A stretch of DNA of 64,000 nucleotides, from contig JAMDHS010000024.1 of assembly GCA_029717555.1 (NCBI GenBank), forward strand, positions 124,001 to 188,000, read 5' to 3'. The DNA comes from Peribolospora baueri. Its lineage: Eukaryota. This document shows, in pieces, positions 41,694-52,382 of this stretch; within the stretch, counting starts at the first letter, position 1; the number at the start of each line of letters is the position of its first letter. The notes under the pieces are model-generated. The model was not told where the DNA came from. It saw only the letters and a program-made list of their open reading frames with translations, and searched no databases. A program made the position numbers and the translations under genes.

Positions 41694-44087
41694 ATGAGCG
41701 AGCAAGAGCTTCTCTGCTTCACCAACTGCTTCCTCGCTCTGGAGGACGGGACGCTCCTCGAGAGAAACCTTTGGGTCGATGCTGGGTCGGGCAAGATCCT
41801 TGATGCACAGGTGAGTAACGGTGACATGCAGTTTGGGAAGGAAGGCGTGGAGGTTGGTCCACTGGGCGAAAGGCGTCTCGTGTTGACTAACCTCAAGAGT
41901 TTCGCTCTGCTTCCCTGTTACCTCCAGCGGACGTTCTACGAGCTTGCCAAACGCCCGTCTCGCACCATCGACCTAGGCGGCAACATCCTCAGTCCAGGTT
42001 TCATTGACATCCAGATCAATGGGTGGGTGAAGCTAGCCGCTCTTACCCAGCTGGACGTTCCGTCTTTTCATCTTTTGCTCAAGAAACGTCTTATCTCGTT
42101 CTTTCTCGTACTCCTTATTTGTCTCCCACTTTTCCGTGAACTATCATATCAGGGCGTACGGCTTCGACTTTTCCATCTTTGACGGGGACGAAGATGCGTA
42201 CGTGAACGGGTTAAAGAAGGTGGCCGAGAAGATTGTCGAGACGGGCGTGACGAGGTGAGGGAAATATTGTAGGAATTTCCAAGTTGCGGTGCGGTGTCTT
42301 GAGCGTCGCTGAAGTTGTATGGTGTGCTCTTCCACCCTTTTTGCGGTTGTTAGCCTTGTTCCGACCATCATTGTGAGCAACGATTCACACGATCGCTCCA
42401 GCCTTGCAAGGCGAGAGCTGACCTTTCGTCTCTCCGTGTACCTATTATCCCACAGACTCAATCCAAGTCGCAGTACCCTTCTCTCCTCTCTCTCCTCCGA
42501 CCGCATTCCTTCCCCTCCTCCGCCCACATGCTAGGATGGCACGCTGAGGGGCCTTTCCTCCAACCGGCCAAGCGCGGCGCGCACGCCGCACCCTTCCTCC
42601 TCAGCGCTCCCAATGGCGTGCAGACATTCGAAGAAGTGTACGGAACGGAGGCGCTTTCAAAGGACGTCAAGGGCGTCAAGATCGTCACTGCCGCGCCAGA
42701 CGTGGAGGGCGTTTTGGGGAGCATCGGCAGTCTCGTGCAGAAGGGGGTCATTTTCTCCATCGGTCACTCGTGAGTCCGCTAAGTCATGCTGCTAGGTCCC
42801 CAGACTTTCTCCCATCTTGTCGCTCACATTCCCTCTCTTTTCATGTCACTTATCTCTCCTGCTCCATTAAGTCTGGCCACCTCGGCGCTCTCCACCTCTG
42901 CCGTCCTCGCGGGTGCGCGACTCGTCACGCACCTCTTCAATGCCATGCCACAACTCCACCATCGCGACCCTGGGATCATCGGTCTCCTCGGCTCCGGAGG
43001 ACCCGCGTCCACCTGGCCGGGCGATCACTCGGCTGCGTCGACAGAAGCAGCGAAGCGGAACAGCAGCTCGGTCTCTCTCGCCAAGAAGGCGGGCATGGCT
43101 CGCGCCGTGGCCGAAGGGAACGCGACCAAAGCGACAATCCCGCACGAAGCACTGGAGGAGATGGTGGTGGACGACAAGCTGACGAGCCCGGGACCTGTAG
43201 ACAATTCTACAATCCGGGCAGTGCAGGACGACGTGTTGGAGCGGTCTGCGAAGGAAGGCAGGACGTTCGAGAGACCTTTTTACTCTATCATCGTCGATGG
43301 TATTCATTCGCATCCGAACAGCGTGCGGGTGAGTCGTCTCGTCTCTTTCTGTTGAGAGGAGGGGGAGACGTCTTCTCAGATGCAAACGAATCAGAGAGAT
43401 TGACGTTCTTCGTGTCGCTCGTGTGTTCCGCTTTAAACAGCTCGCCTATGCAGCACACCCAGATGGTTGCATCTTGGTCACGGACGGTGAGCCCATGCGA
43501 GCAAAGCACTCGAGCGATGCTCCCCCTCCTCCATCGAAGAACTGCACTGACAACTCATCTTCCTATCCTGTCTATATCCACCCGGTCCTCGACAGCCATG
43601 TCGATGCTCGACCCTCACCTTCCCGATGGCGTGCATGACTGGCGAGATGGAAGGCGGCTCGTAAAGCAGGGCGACAGGCTGTTCATTGAAGGGACGGATA
43701 CGCTTGCTGGAAGGTACGTTGCGCTTGGACCAAACGTCAGATGCATCTGCTGGTCTACCTCTAGCCATGCTGTCAAAATCACCGTCCGCTTACACTACTT
43801 TCGTTCCTCTCTCTTTCTTCCCTTCCACACGTCCATCTCCCGCTCTCCCCAGCGTGGTAACGATGGAGACGTGCGTGCGCAACTTCTCTCTATTCACTTC
43901 CTCTCCGCTCAGCAAGGCCATCGTCTGCGCCACGATGCATGCTGCCAAGTGTCTGGGCATCGAGAACGAGAAAGGTACACTGAGGGCGGGGGCGGATGCG
44001 GATCTCGTCGTGCTCGACAAGACGACGGGTAAGGTTATCTCCACGTGGATCGGGGGTAGGAAAGTGTATACGGCCGAAGCCAAGTAA
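41694..44087 (+). CDS. DAC1: N-acetylglucosamine-6-phosphate deacetylase (NagA/Dac1/AMDHD2); multi-exon
   Basis: Contains [71 protein letters not shown] and [15 protein letters not shown]. Confidence 0.94.
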
Positions 44088-44784
44088 GCGCGCGGCGGTG
44101 TCAAACCCCTCTTTCCCTCTTTGTGTGTCGCCTGCCTCGGGCGCCGACCTATTCCACGTTCTGTATTTCGTCTACTTGTCGTGTGTAGATGACTAGAAAA
44201 TTGCGCTTGAGCTTGAGCAGCGACGAGAGCAGTCGTTCGTAGAGATGAAGCCTATGCCACCGGCAAGACGCTCGACCTGATCGCTGGGAATCTTGCGGGA
44301 GTACTCTGGCCGCAGCACCGGAATCAAACGACGTCCCCGTTCCTCCCCGGCTGTCATCACTTCGTAGGCCGGTTGTCGGGACGGCGAGCGGAGAAAGGAC
44401 GAGGCGGACGGAGATGGGCGACGTTGACGACGACTACGAGGACGACGACGACGATGCATCGAGCGCCCTTAATATGCAATCCCATCAGTCCTCGTGTGGC
44501 GAACAAAATAGAAATCCATCGGCGCTTCCTCCATCACCTCTCGGCCGACCTGCTTCCGTCTTGAATTGAATACTTCGTTTGAGCAGTCGTGAGCAATCTA
44601 CCATTTCTTCCTCTTCACATCCCCGCCCAGACAGACCGCCACACCCGACATCGCCTCTTCCGACTCCGCGACAACAACACCTTTCTCACTCAGGGCCGCT
44701 CGGCCCGCTACAAGCCTTTCGCCACCCACTTTCAGTCACTGATCCAGCCTGCTTCCGGCTTCCGTCCTCCGTCCTCCGTCCTCT

Positions 44785-47186
44785 ATGGCCTCTCCTCCGT
44801 CGGGGACGACGAGCGCACAGCGCAAGCCCTACATCCCGTCCGGCCTACGTTTCGATGGGGACCACCTTCCCTCCTTCGCATTCACTTCCACTTCGTCCCC
44901 TTTTTCCTCACCACCTCTCCTTCGTCACCTTGGACAAGACGCCGGCGCCATGGACGTCGATGCCGAGCGTGACTACGAAGGGGCAGAGAGCGACTCGGGC
45001 GCCAGCAGCTACCACTCCGCATCGGCCTTCAGCGAGCTCCCTCCCGAGCACTTCCTCAGCATCGGAAGAAAGGACTCCGGCAGTCCTATCGCATCCCTTC
45101 CTATGTCCGGCAGCCCACCACCTGCCGAAATGAGGATGGCGGACATCCCCGTCTCGCATTTCCTCTACCACAATCGCTCTTCCCCTCCGTCAGAGGTGGG
45201 CTCGAGTACCCCTTCCCTGTCCTCATCCTCCGCACCTCGTCCCGATGCGGCGCCGGACACAACCACCCTCGCAGCGGCGGACTTTGACATCGACGTGCGC
45301 TCCGGCTTCCTTCCCCCCGAAGAGCCTTTGAGGCGCCTCGGGGGGGCCTTCGTGGTGTGGGAGGAGGCACTCGAGGCAGGTTTGGGAACACAGAACGGTA
45401 GTGACGAAGGAGAGGCCGTTGCGGGCGCTGTGGGAAGGAGGACGGGAAAGATGGTCGGTTTGGGCGGCGGCGAGGCGGAGGAGGAGGAGAGGCAACGCGG
45501 TAGGGTGTGGCGAAAGGCAGTCAGGGAGGTGAGTTGTTCCCCTGCTGTATCCAGGATGAACACCCTGGCTGCGACCTTCAATCGCCATATTGACATAACA
45601 TTGGCTCTTTTGACTCTCGCTGGCTCGCCGTAGATGCCCATCCTACATCTTCCGCCTTCCTTCCAATTCGACATCCGCGCCCTCCGCCGAGCCTACGTCG
45701 TGCTCTCCTTCCTAGGCCACGCCTACATCCACTCTCAACCGCCTCCTGATCCTTCCTTCCGATCGGACGCTTCCCAGTGTCAAGACGAGGATGAGGCGGC
45801 CGAGCGCACCGGCTCATACCGCGCCACCGTTCCCCTTAGCATCGCTGTGCCATGGTTTCAGGCCAGTGAGAGATTGGGCCTTCCGCCGGTGCTGACGTAT
45901 TCCAGTACGGTCTTGTGGAATTGGAGGTTCAAGGATCCCAGGAAGGGATTGGTGGCGAGGTGAGAAGGACATCATTTTCTCGTTCCGCGTGGTCTACTCC
46001 GATGCCCTGTACTAACAGATTCGTCGTCACGTCCGTCCGCCCCTTCCAAAGCAACGTCGAGATCGCTCAGACATTCACGAACACCGCCTCCGAGCGGCAC
46101 TTCTACATCACATCTTTGCTCATCGAGCTTCGCGGAGTAGAGGCTTTGCGTCTGATGGCGCTGTCCCTTGACGAAGCCTTTGTGGGCGACTGTCTCGCCC
46201 GACGGCGTCTCGCTACCTACCTCTGCCGTCTCGCGGCGGTCATAGACGACCTGACGACCATCCTCGCCGATACTAGACGGGAATGCCTTCCTAGCGTGTT
46301 CTACCACGGCATTCGACCATGGTTCGTAGCGGGGGATGCAAACAAGGAGCTCTTGCCAGACGGAACAGAGCGCAAAGGATGGATTTTCCAAGGCATCCCG
46401 GACGAAGACGAGCCCTGGAGGAACAGGGTCGTTTCCGTCACAGGCCCTTCGGCGGGCCAGAGCTCGCTCATTCACGCCTTGGACTTGTTCCTCGACGTCG
46501 ACCATTCGGGGAACAAGCGCGGACACGGCACCCCGTCCGACACCAGCTCCCCAACTGAGACGGCCACGAAGGGCAAGGAGAAATCGTCGGGCTTGTCAGG
46601 CGGAGGCGACGAGACGTTCATGGCACGTATGAAGTTCTACATGCCCTACCACCATCGCGCGTTCCTCACCCACCTGGCCAACTCGACCTCCACCTCCGCC
46701 CGGCCATCCGAATACGAAGAACAACTGGACCGAGACGAGCACGTCATGGCAGAGCGCAGACACCCTATTCGATCTCTCGCCCAGGAAGATGACGACGACG
46801 GCCGAGATCGGGATGGGTTAGCCGAGTCGTACGACGAGGCGCTCCTCTCGCTCAAGAAGCTTAGGGACGAGCACATGCGCATCGTCGCGCTCTACATCAT
46901 CTCGCAGGCGAGGCTGCCTCCGCCCTCGGAGTACAGTACCTCGGAGGTCGTCCATGGCACCTCCTCTTCAGCGGCTGGGGCCGGGGGGATGCGCATGGAC
47001 GAAGATCGGACATCCTCCTCGAATGCGGGAACCGGCGGCTTTGCGCAGAAGACAAAGCAAAAGCTGGTCGGCACGGGTGGGACGGATTTGGTGAGCTTCC
47101 TCAAGATGAGCAGGCAGAACACGCTCGATGCCATGTTGACACCACTGGGTGGTGGGAGAAGAGGTGGAGGCGAGGAGGATGAATAG
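44785..47186 (+). CDS. BNA2: Indoleamine 2,3-dioxygenase; 3 exons, long N-terminal extension; start uncertain
   Basis: Contains SGFLPPEEPL, LRRAYVVLSFLGHAYIH, LGLPPVLTYSSTVLWNW, FYHGIRPWF, GPSAGQSSLIHALD, YMPYHHRAFL, LRDEHMRIVALYI (heme His) and GTGGTDL. Confidence 0.93.
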
Positions 47187-47504
47187 ATAGCGTACTGGTC
47201 CGGTCCGGTCCGGTACGGCGCGGTGGGGAGAGGTAGTTCGCCTTTTCGGCCGTAGTTTGCGCAAACTCGCTCTTAGCGCCCTTTCCATCTCCCCTAACCC
47301 TTCCTCCCGCCTCCCACGGGGTTGCTTGCTTGGTGAACTCAATTCGAGGGACACCGCCCACGGATACGACTTATATATGTACGTATAGAGCTTCAATAGA
47401 CCGCCATCGACCTTTTTGCAGCAAAGTCGCCGGCAGTGTTCATTGACAAGTACGTTTTAAGGGATTGATATTGCAAGGAAGCATGTGGCGCAAAAGATGG
47501 AAAG

Positions 47505-48328
47505 GTAGACTACTTTCAGCGCCCCTTCAGCCGAACGGAACTCAAAAGCGCTCATTCCCCACCTAGACCTGAGCTCCAGTGGGACCTCGGGTTACAGCGA
47601 TGCCAATTGGCACCCCTCTGCAACCCATCGACAGGGCACTGAAGAGAGGAGGAGAACTAGTCTACTATTTGAAGAGGGAAATGGTCTGCTTCACTGGCTC
47701 GGGGGGGAGGGTGTTGGAAGAAGCGATGATCGTCATCCCTAATGTTTCCCCCTCCCCATTCCCGCAGGAGCTGCCTAGACGGTTGAGCTCGAACGGGAAA
47801 TCCAAAGCGCAGAGGCACCAAATGGTAGCCGTTGCAACCCTGTTGGGGTGAAACACTAGGTCGGATCATCGAGAATGGAAGGATGGCAGCAGAGGTCTTT
47901 GGGTGGGAGATGGGAGAGGTTTTGGGGTGGGGTGGGAAAGGTCTACTTGGGCGGAGGGATGGGTTTGGAAGGAACGATGATTGTCATCCCTAGTGTCCTC
48001 ATTCCAGACGGAACCCAAAAGCGCCCATTCCCTACAAGAGGGCTGAGCTCCAATGGGACCTCCAGGGCGCAGGGACACCAAATGGTGCCCGTTGCGACCT
48101 GTTGGGGGAAACAGTAGGTCGGATGATCGCAAGTGTGTGTGTAGGGGTGAGGGAGGGCTTTTGTGTATCTATAGGGTTGGTCGTCATCCCTCGTGTCCTC
48201 ATTCCAGACGGAACCCAAGGGCGCCCATTCCCCACAAGGGGCCTGAGCTCCAATGGGACCTCCATAACGCAGGGGCACCAATTGGTACCCGTTGCGATCC
48301 GTTGGGGGAAACACGAGGTCAGATCATT
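47505..48328. repeat. Tandem array of four diverged ~145-160 bp inverted-repeat-bounded units separated by G-rich spacers (structured RNA or MITE-like)
   Basis: Core TGAGCTC with GAGCTC at 47571, 47785, 48045 and 48245. Units 47983-48128 and 48183-48328 align without gaps at 19/146 mismatches by hand count (period 200). Confidence 0.85.
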
Positions 48329-48980
48329 GTCGCTTCGCTTCGCCGTCGCTTGTGTGTGCACCTTGTTTGTTTGGGCCGCCCGCAAGTGCCGCCGGTGCTG
48401 CTGAACCCAAGACTGGTTATGCGACCGAAGTCGTGGGCCGGAGGAAGGTGTGATAGTCCGAGTGCCTCAGGGTGGGGCAGACCTTTGAAGATGATCAGGG
48501 CAACGCATTGCTGGTAGGAGGGCCTCAAACATGGCGAGGATGTGGGCACGTGTGCGAGAGTAGTATCGGGAGCGACGGCGGCAAGCAGGCTGAAGCGGTA
48601 GTGGTGCGCGAGGGCGGCCCAGGTCGGGTTTGTGTGAGAACGAGCGACCGGGTTGAGGCGGTAGTGGTGCACGAGGGCGGCATAAGCGTTCTGTGTGAGA
48701 ACAGGCGACCTGGCTGAAGCGGTAGTGATGGTGCGCGAGGGCGGCCTGGGTCGAGTTCTTTGAAAACATCGACGACTCTGGAATAGAATGGACGAGAGAT
48801 AGCACGTAAGACTTTCGTTCCCAAGAGTAAGAGCGGAGGGTTCTACTTCCCTCAGTACACTTACTTGATATGTGACAGGCATGTAGCCAGGATAGAGAAC
48901 CATCAGGCGCGCAGCAATGGTAAAGATGCCGAAGACATCAGGCGTTGGAGTGGGAGTAGGCGCAGGGTGATGGGTGGCAT
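48319..48980 (-). pseudogene. Possible degenerate or orphan spliced gene containing the 63-bp repeat
   Basis: Pyrimidine-rich leader, caccATG at 48980, and a canonical-looking intron 48864-48778 (GTAAGT...TTCCAG). The ATG frame has an early TGA and the repeat shifts frame. Confidence 0.3.
48588..48753. repeat. ~63-bp minisatellite, about 2.6 copies
   Basis: gg(c/t)tga(a/g)gcggtagtg(atg)gtgc(g/a)cgagggcggc recurs three times; tgtgtgagaac...gcgacc recurs twice. Confidence 0.85.
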
Positions 48981-49699
48981 GGTGTAAGGGTTATGGCGAA
49001 GCAGGAGGAGAGAGGAGAAGCCTTGCCGTTGACGGTTATGGAGAGGTAGGGAGAGAAGGCTTGTGGAGAGGAGAAGGCTTTTGGAGTGGAGTGGAGTGGA
49101 TTGGAGTGAAGATGTAGGGAGAACAGGCGGGGAACGGAGCCTTTCTTATACTTTTCTCCGTGGGACTGGAGCGCTCTTCGTCGATGACAAGAACCTTTGT
49201 TGAGTGTGAGTGAAACCGTATCCCACGTTGCATGCCCCTCAGACGGCCAGCGCCCTTTGCGACGCGCTCGGAACTCCTATCCTGCCAGTCTCTCCACACG
49301 ACGGTGCTTGATTATGGAATGGAGATCGTCAGATTTGTTCGTCACCCTTTTCGGAGTGTAAGGCCCGGACAGAGGGTGGACCTGGACAGGAGCTAACGAC
49401 GCTGTCATCTCTTTTTAGAAACTTTTCCGCGAACAATCGAAAACGACGATGGCAAGATGAGGATGATGGCACGTTATTTGATTCACGAGGTGGGGGGGAA
49501 TTAGACACTGAGACATTGAATGAACGAATGCGGGCAAGTCAGCCCGGATCGGGGCTCGTCGGACCGCATCGACTCGAGAAGAGAGGTCAAGGGAAAAAAA
49601 AAAAAAAGAAAAGGTGGCACGGCAAAAGAGACGGTGTGAGGCCAAGGAGGCGGTGTGCCAGGCCGTCTCCGCCTTTCTCTATTCGGAGGTCTTCCATAT

Positions 49700-52382
49700 T
49701 CACTTCTTGAGGGTGCCGCTGAAATGCGTCAAGGAGAGCGAAGACGGGAAGGAGGTCGTGTCAGCCCTAGAGAACAATACGATTCTGAGCGCGGAATTGG
49801 CAAAGGAGAAGGAGCCGCCAGCTCACATGATGCTGTCAGGTGCGTACCTGATAGGAAGCGGAGAGCGAAGAGAAACACATAGCGAGCGGTCAGTAAAGCG
49901 GAGCGAAGACGCGCGCAAACGCTTTTGCGGAGTGCGTGTTCCATTCAACCGATCCGGAGACTCACTTCTTGATGACGCTGGGATCGTGCTGAGGGTGCGT
50001 GAACAAGCACAAGACGGGAGACGACGAGTGAGCGACACGCGTAACATGAGACAAAAGCACAAGCGGGCTCACCAGCATGTTGAACTCCTCCGAAGCGTCC
50101 CGGCCCTTGTAGAGCAAGATAGCCTTGGGTCCGCCGGGGTGATCGGGCAAGAACTTGGTGACGTCGAGCACCTGACCGTTGACGGCGACCCACACGTCGT
50201 CGTCCTTGTTGTGCTTGGCCACATCATCCAGGCTGTACTCCTTCAGCTCTTTCTCCCCGCTCTCCGTCTTCTGCTTCTGCTGCGGGGCACTCGTCTGCGT
50301 CGGAGCGGGGCTCTGAGCGGGCACCGCGGCGGTTTGGGAGGCCAACGGGCCGGCGGCATCGGAGGGGGACGAGGAAACGTCGAACTGGATGGTCAGCTTC
50401 TTGCTCTCCGGGTCCACGACGACGTTGGTGCGGATGTGGGAGGAGACCTGCTCCAGACGGCGCGTGGCGACCTGACCCGCGCTGAGGTCCTTGAGCAAGT
50501 AGGACGAGGCGGCCTCGCCGGCGATGCGGCCGAAAACGACACAGCCGAGGAGGGAGGAGCCGCCGAGTCGGTTGGCGCCGTGTACGCCACCGGCGATCTC
50601 TCCGGCGAGGAAGAGACCGGGGATGGGCTTCTTGTCAGGGAAGAGCGCCTCGGCTTTGTCCGAGGTAGCAGCACCGCCCATGGTGAAGTGCAGGACAGGC
50701 GTCATGAGTGCGACATGGAACGTGTCATCCATACGGAACTTGCCGCCGTGGAAAAAGCGCTTGCCGAAGGGGTCCTTTTTCTTTCCATCGACAATGTCGT
50801 TGTACTCGTCGAACGACTTCTTGAGCGTCTCGGGGGAAATGCCGATCTCTTTGGCCACCTCGGCGCCGGAGATGAATTTCTTCATGAGACCGCGACCGGT
50901 GTAGTGCTGTGGGAGGACATATCGTTGTGGAGCACGACAGGTGCGGGAAGTCAAATTTCAGGGACATGATTATGATCAAGAAAGCAAGAGACAAGGCTCA
51001 CCTTGCAGTGCCACTCAATCTCCTTAGAACTCGCGCCGTTGAGGACGAGTCGAATCGGGTGATTTTTGTTCTCCCAAATGCGACCGGTAACATAGTCTCG
51101 GTGTCCGAGCTCGTCAGCGAAACGCTGACCCTTGCTGTCGAGGAGGAGACCACCGACACCGCGGAGGGCCTCGGCAGCAAGGAACTTGACCTTGGCGTCG
51201 GCGTCATTGGGGTCCTGGAGACCGGTCGGGTGCACTTGCACCTTCTCCATGTCGACGAGGTTGCCTCCAATGGCCTCGACCATCTTCTGACCGTCACCCG
51301 TGCAGTGGTCTCCGTTGGTAGTGGGCAGAGGCAAAAGCTCGGGCCTGTACCTCTTGAGAAGCGAGTCGGACGAGTTAAAGTCGGCAGCGTAGCCGCCAGT
51401 GGCAAGGATAACGGGGCCGAACTCCTTGTGAGTGCCGCCTTCGTGCTCGTACTCGACTCCCTGTACCTTGCCGCCCTCGTAAATGAGCTTGGTCACGCGC
51501 GCCTTGCGGATGATCTGAATCCGAGTGGGATCCGTCTCGGCGAGATCCTCAAGCTTCTCCATTTGGGCGTAGGTAATCGTCTAAGAGGGAGAACCGGATA
51601 ACATGCATTAGACGAGGAGCCGTGGCACTGCGAGTCGATGCGTCCAATAACGCACCATTCCGGGGAACATTTGGCTACCTCGGTGGGTCCTGGGCTGGGA
51701 GTGTCCGCCGAGGCGGGAAACCTTGCTGAGATCGAGCTTGAAGCGGTCCTGCAGTATCGAATGGACGTCCCTCAGTGTCAGCCGGCACTCCTCACGGTGG
51801 GACCGTCGTCAAGCAAATACACACCTGAAGCCAGTTGACAGCATCGGCGGACTTGTACGTCAAGGCCTTAATGAGGTCGGGCCTGGCGAGGTCACGGGCC
51901 GACTTGAGGGTATCATCGTAGAAGATCTTGGCAGTGTCGGGGATCTCGAGGGTCTGCTGACTCTGCGTGCCGGCTCCGTTGATACCAGAGGTGGCCTTGG
52001 TCGAGTTGCCGCCACTGCGAGACGATGGAAGTCACATCAGCAGGCGGCTCAAAGACGAGCCAAAAATGGACTCTGATGTTGCTTACAAGAAAGGGTTCTG
52101 CATCCGACAATAGGAGAGAAAAGAGGGTAAGAAACGAGTGATGAGCACAGGTGGGGGAAGGAGGAGGGGGATGGCTTCTCGATCGCTCGCGTTAGACGCA
52201 CCTTGTCGAGGACGAGGACGTTGGCGCCACGCTCGTAGAGGGTGTGGGCCGCCGAAAGACCGGCAAGACCTATTGATGCGGTGGGCAGAAGAGGGGAAGC
52301 TGAGCGCGAAGGACGGAGGAGAAGGTCAGTGCCGATGGGACGACTCACCACCGCCAACGACGATGACCTTGGAGTTGCTCAT
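49700..52382 (-). CDS. OSM1: Soluble FAD-dependent fumarate reductase (flavocytochrome c, Osm1/Frd1 family) fused to a C-terminal cytochrome b5 domain; multi-exon
   Basis: Contains VIVVGGG-LAGLSAA, GGNSTKATSGING, LATGGYAADF, FLAAEALRGVGG, HFTMGG and GGVHGANRLGGSSLLGCVVFG. The b5 domain reads WVAVNGQVLDVTKFLPDHPGG...FNMLHD. Confidence 0.93.

Noticed and set aside
28334..44087. Chitin/GlcNAc catabolic cluster (GH18 + deacetylase)
   Set aside because: The genes are 12 kb apart with three unrelated genes between them, and no GlcNAc kinase, deaminase or transporter is in the window.
47505..48328. Array as CRISPR, TPP riboswitch, hammerhead/HDV ribozyme, tRNA or 5S rRNA
   Set aside because: Units are ~150 bp with no cas genes in a eukaryotic context. 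CTGAG and CCCGT..ACCTG resemble a TPP aptamer, but the CUGAGA and GAU..UAAU elements are missing. No CUGANGA hammerhead core, no HDV spacing and no cloverleaf or 5S similarity is visible.
47657..48517. Short ORFs across the array units
   Set aside because: They reflect the repeat. Frames are not preserved between units and substitutions are mostly non-synonymous in the frames examined.
49614..51601. Long plus-strand ORFs (451 and 230 aa) and similar antisense ORFs elsewhere (e.g. 35455-36477, 26142-26795)
   Set aside because: They are antisense shadows of codon-biased GC-rich genes with no recognisable motifs.
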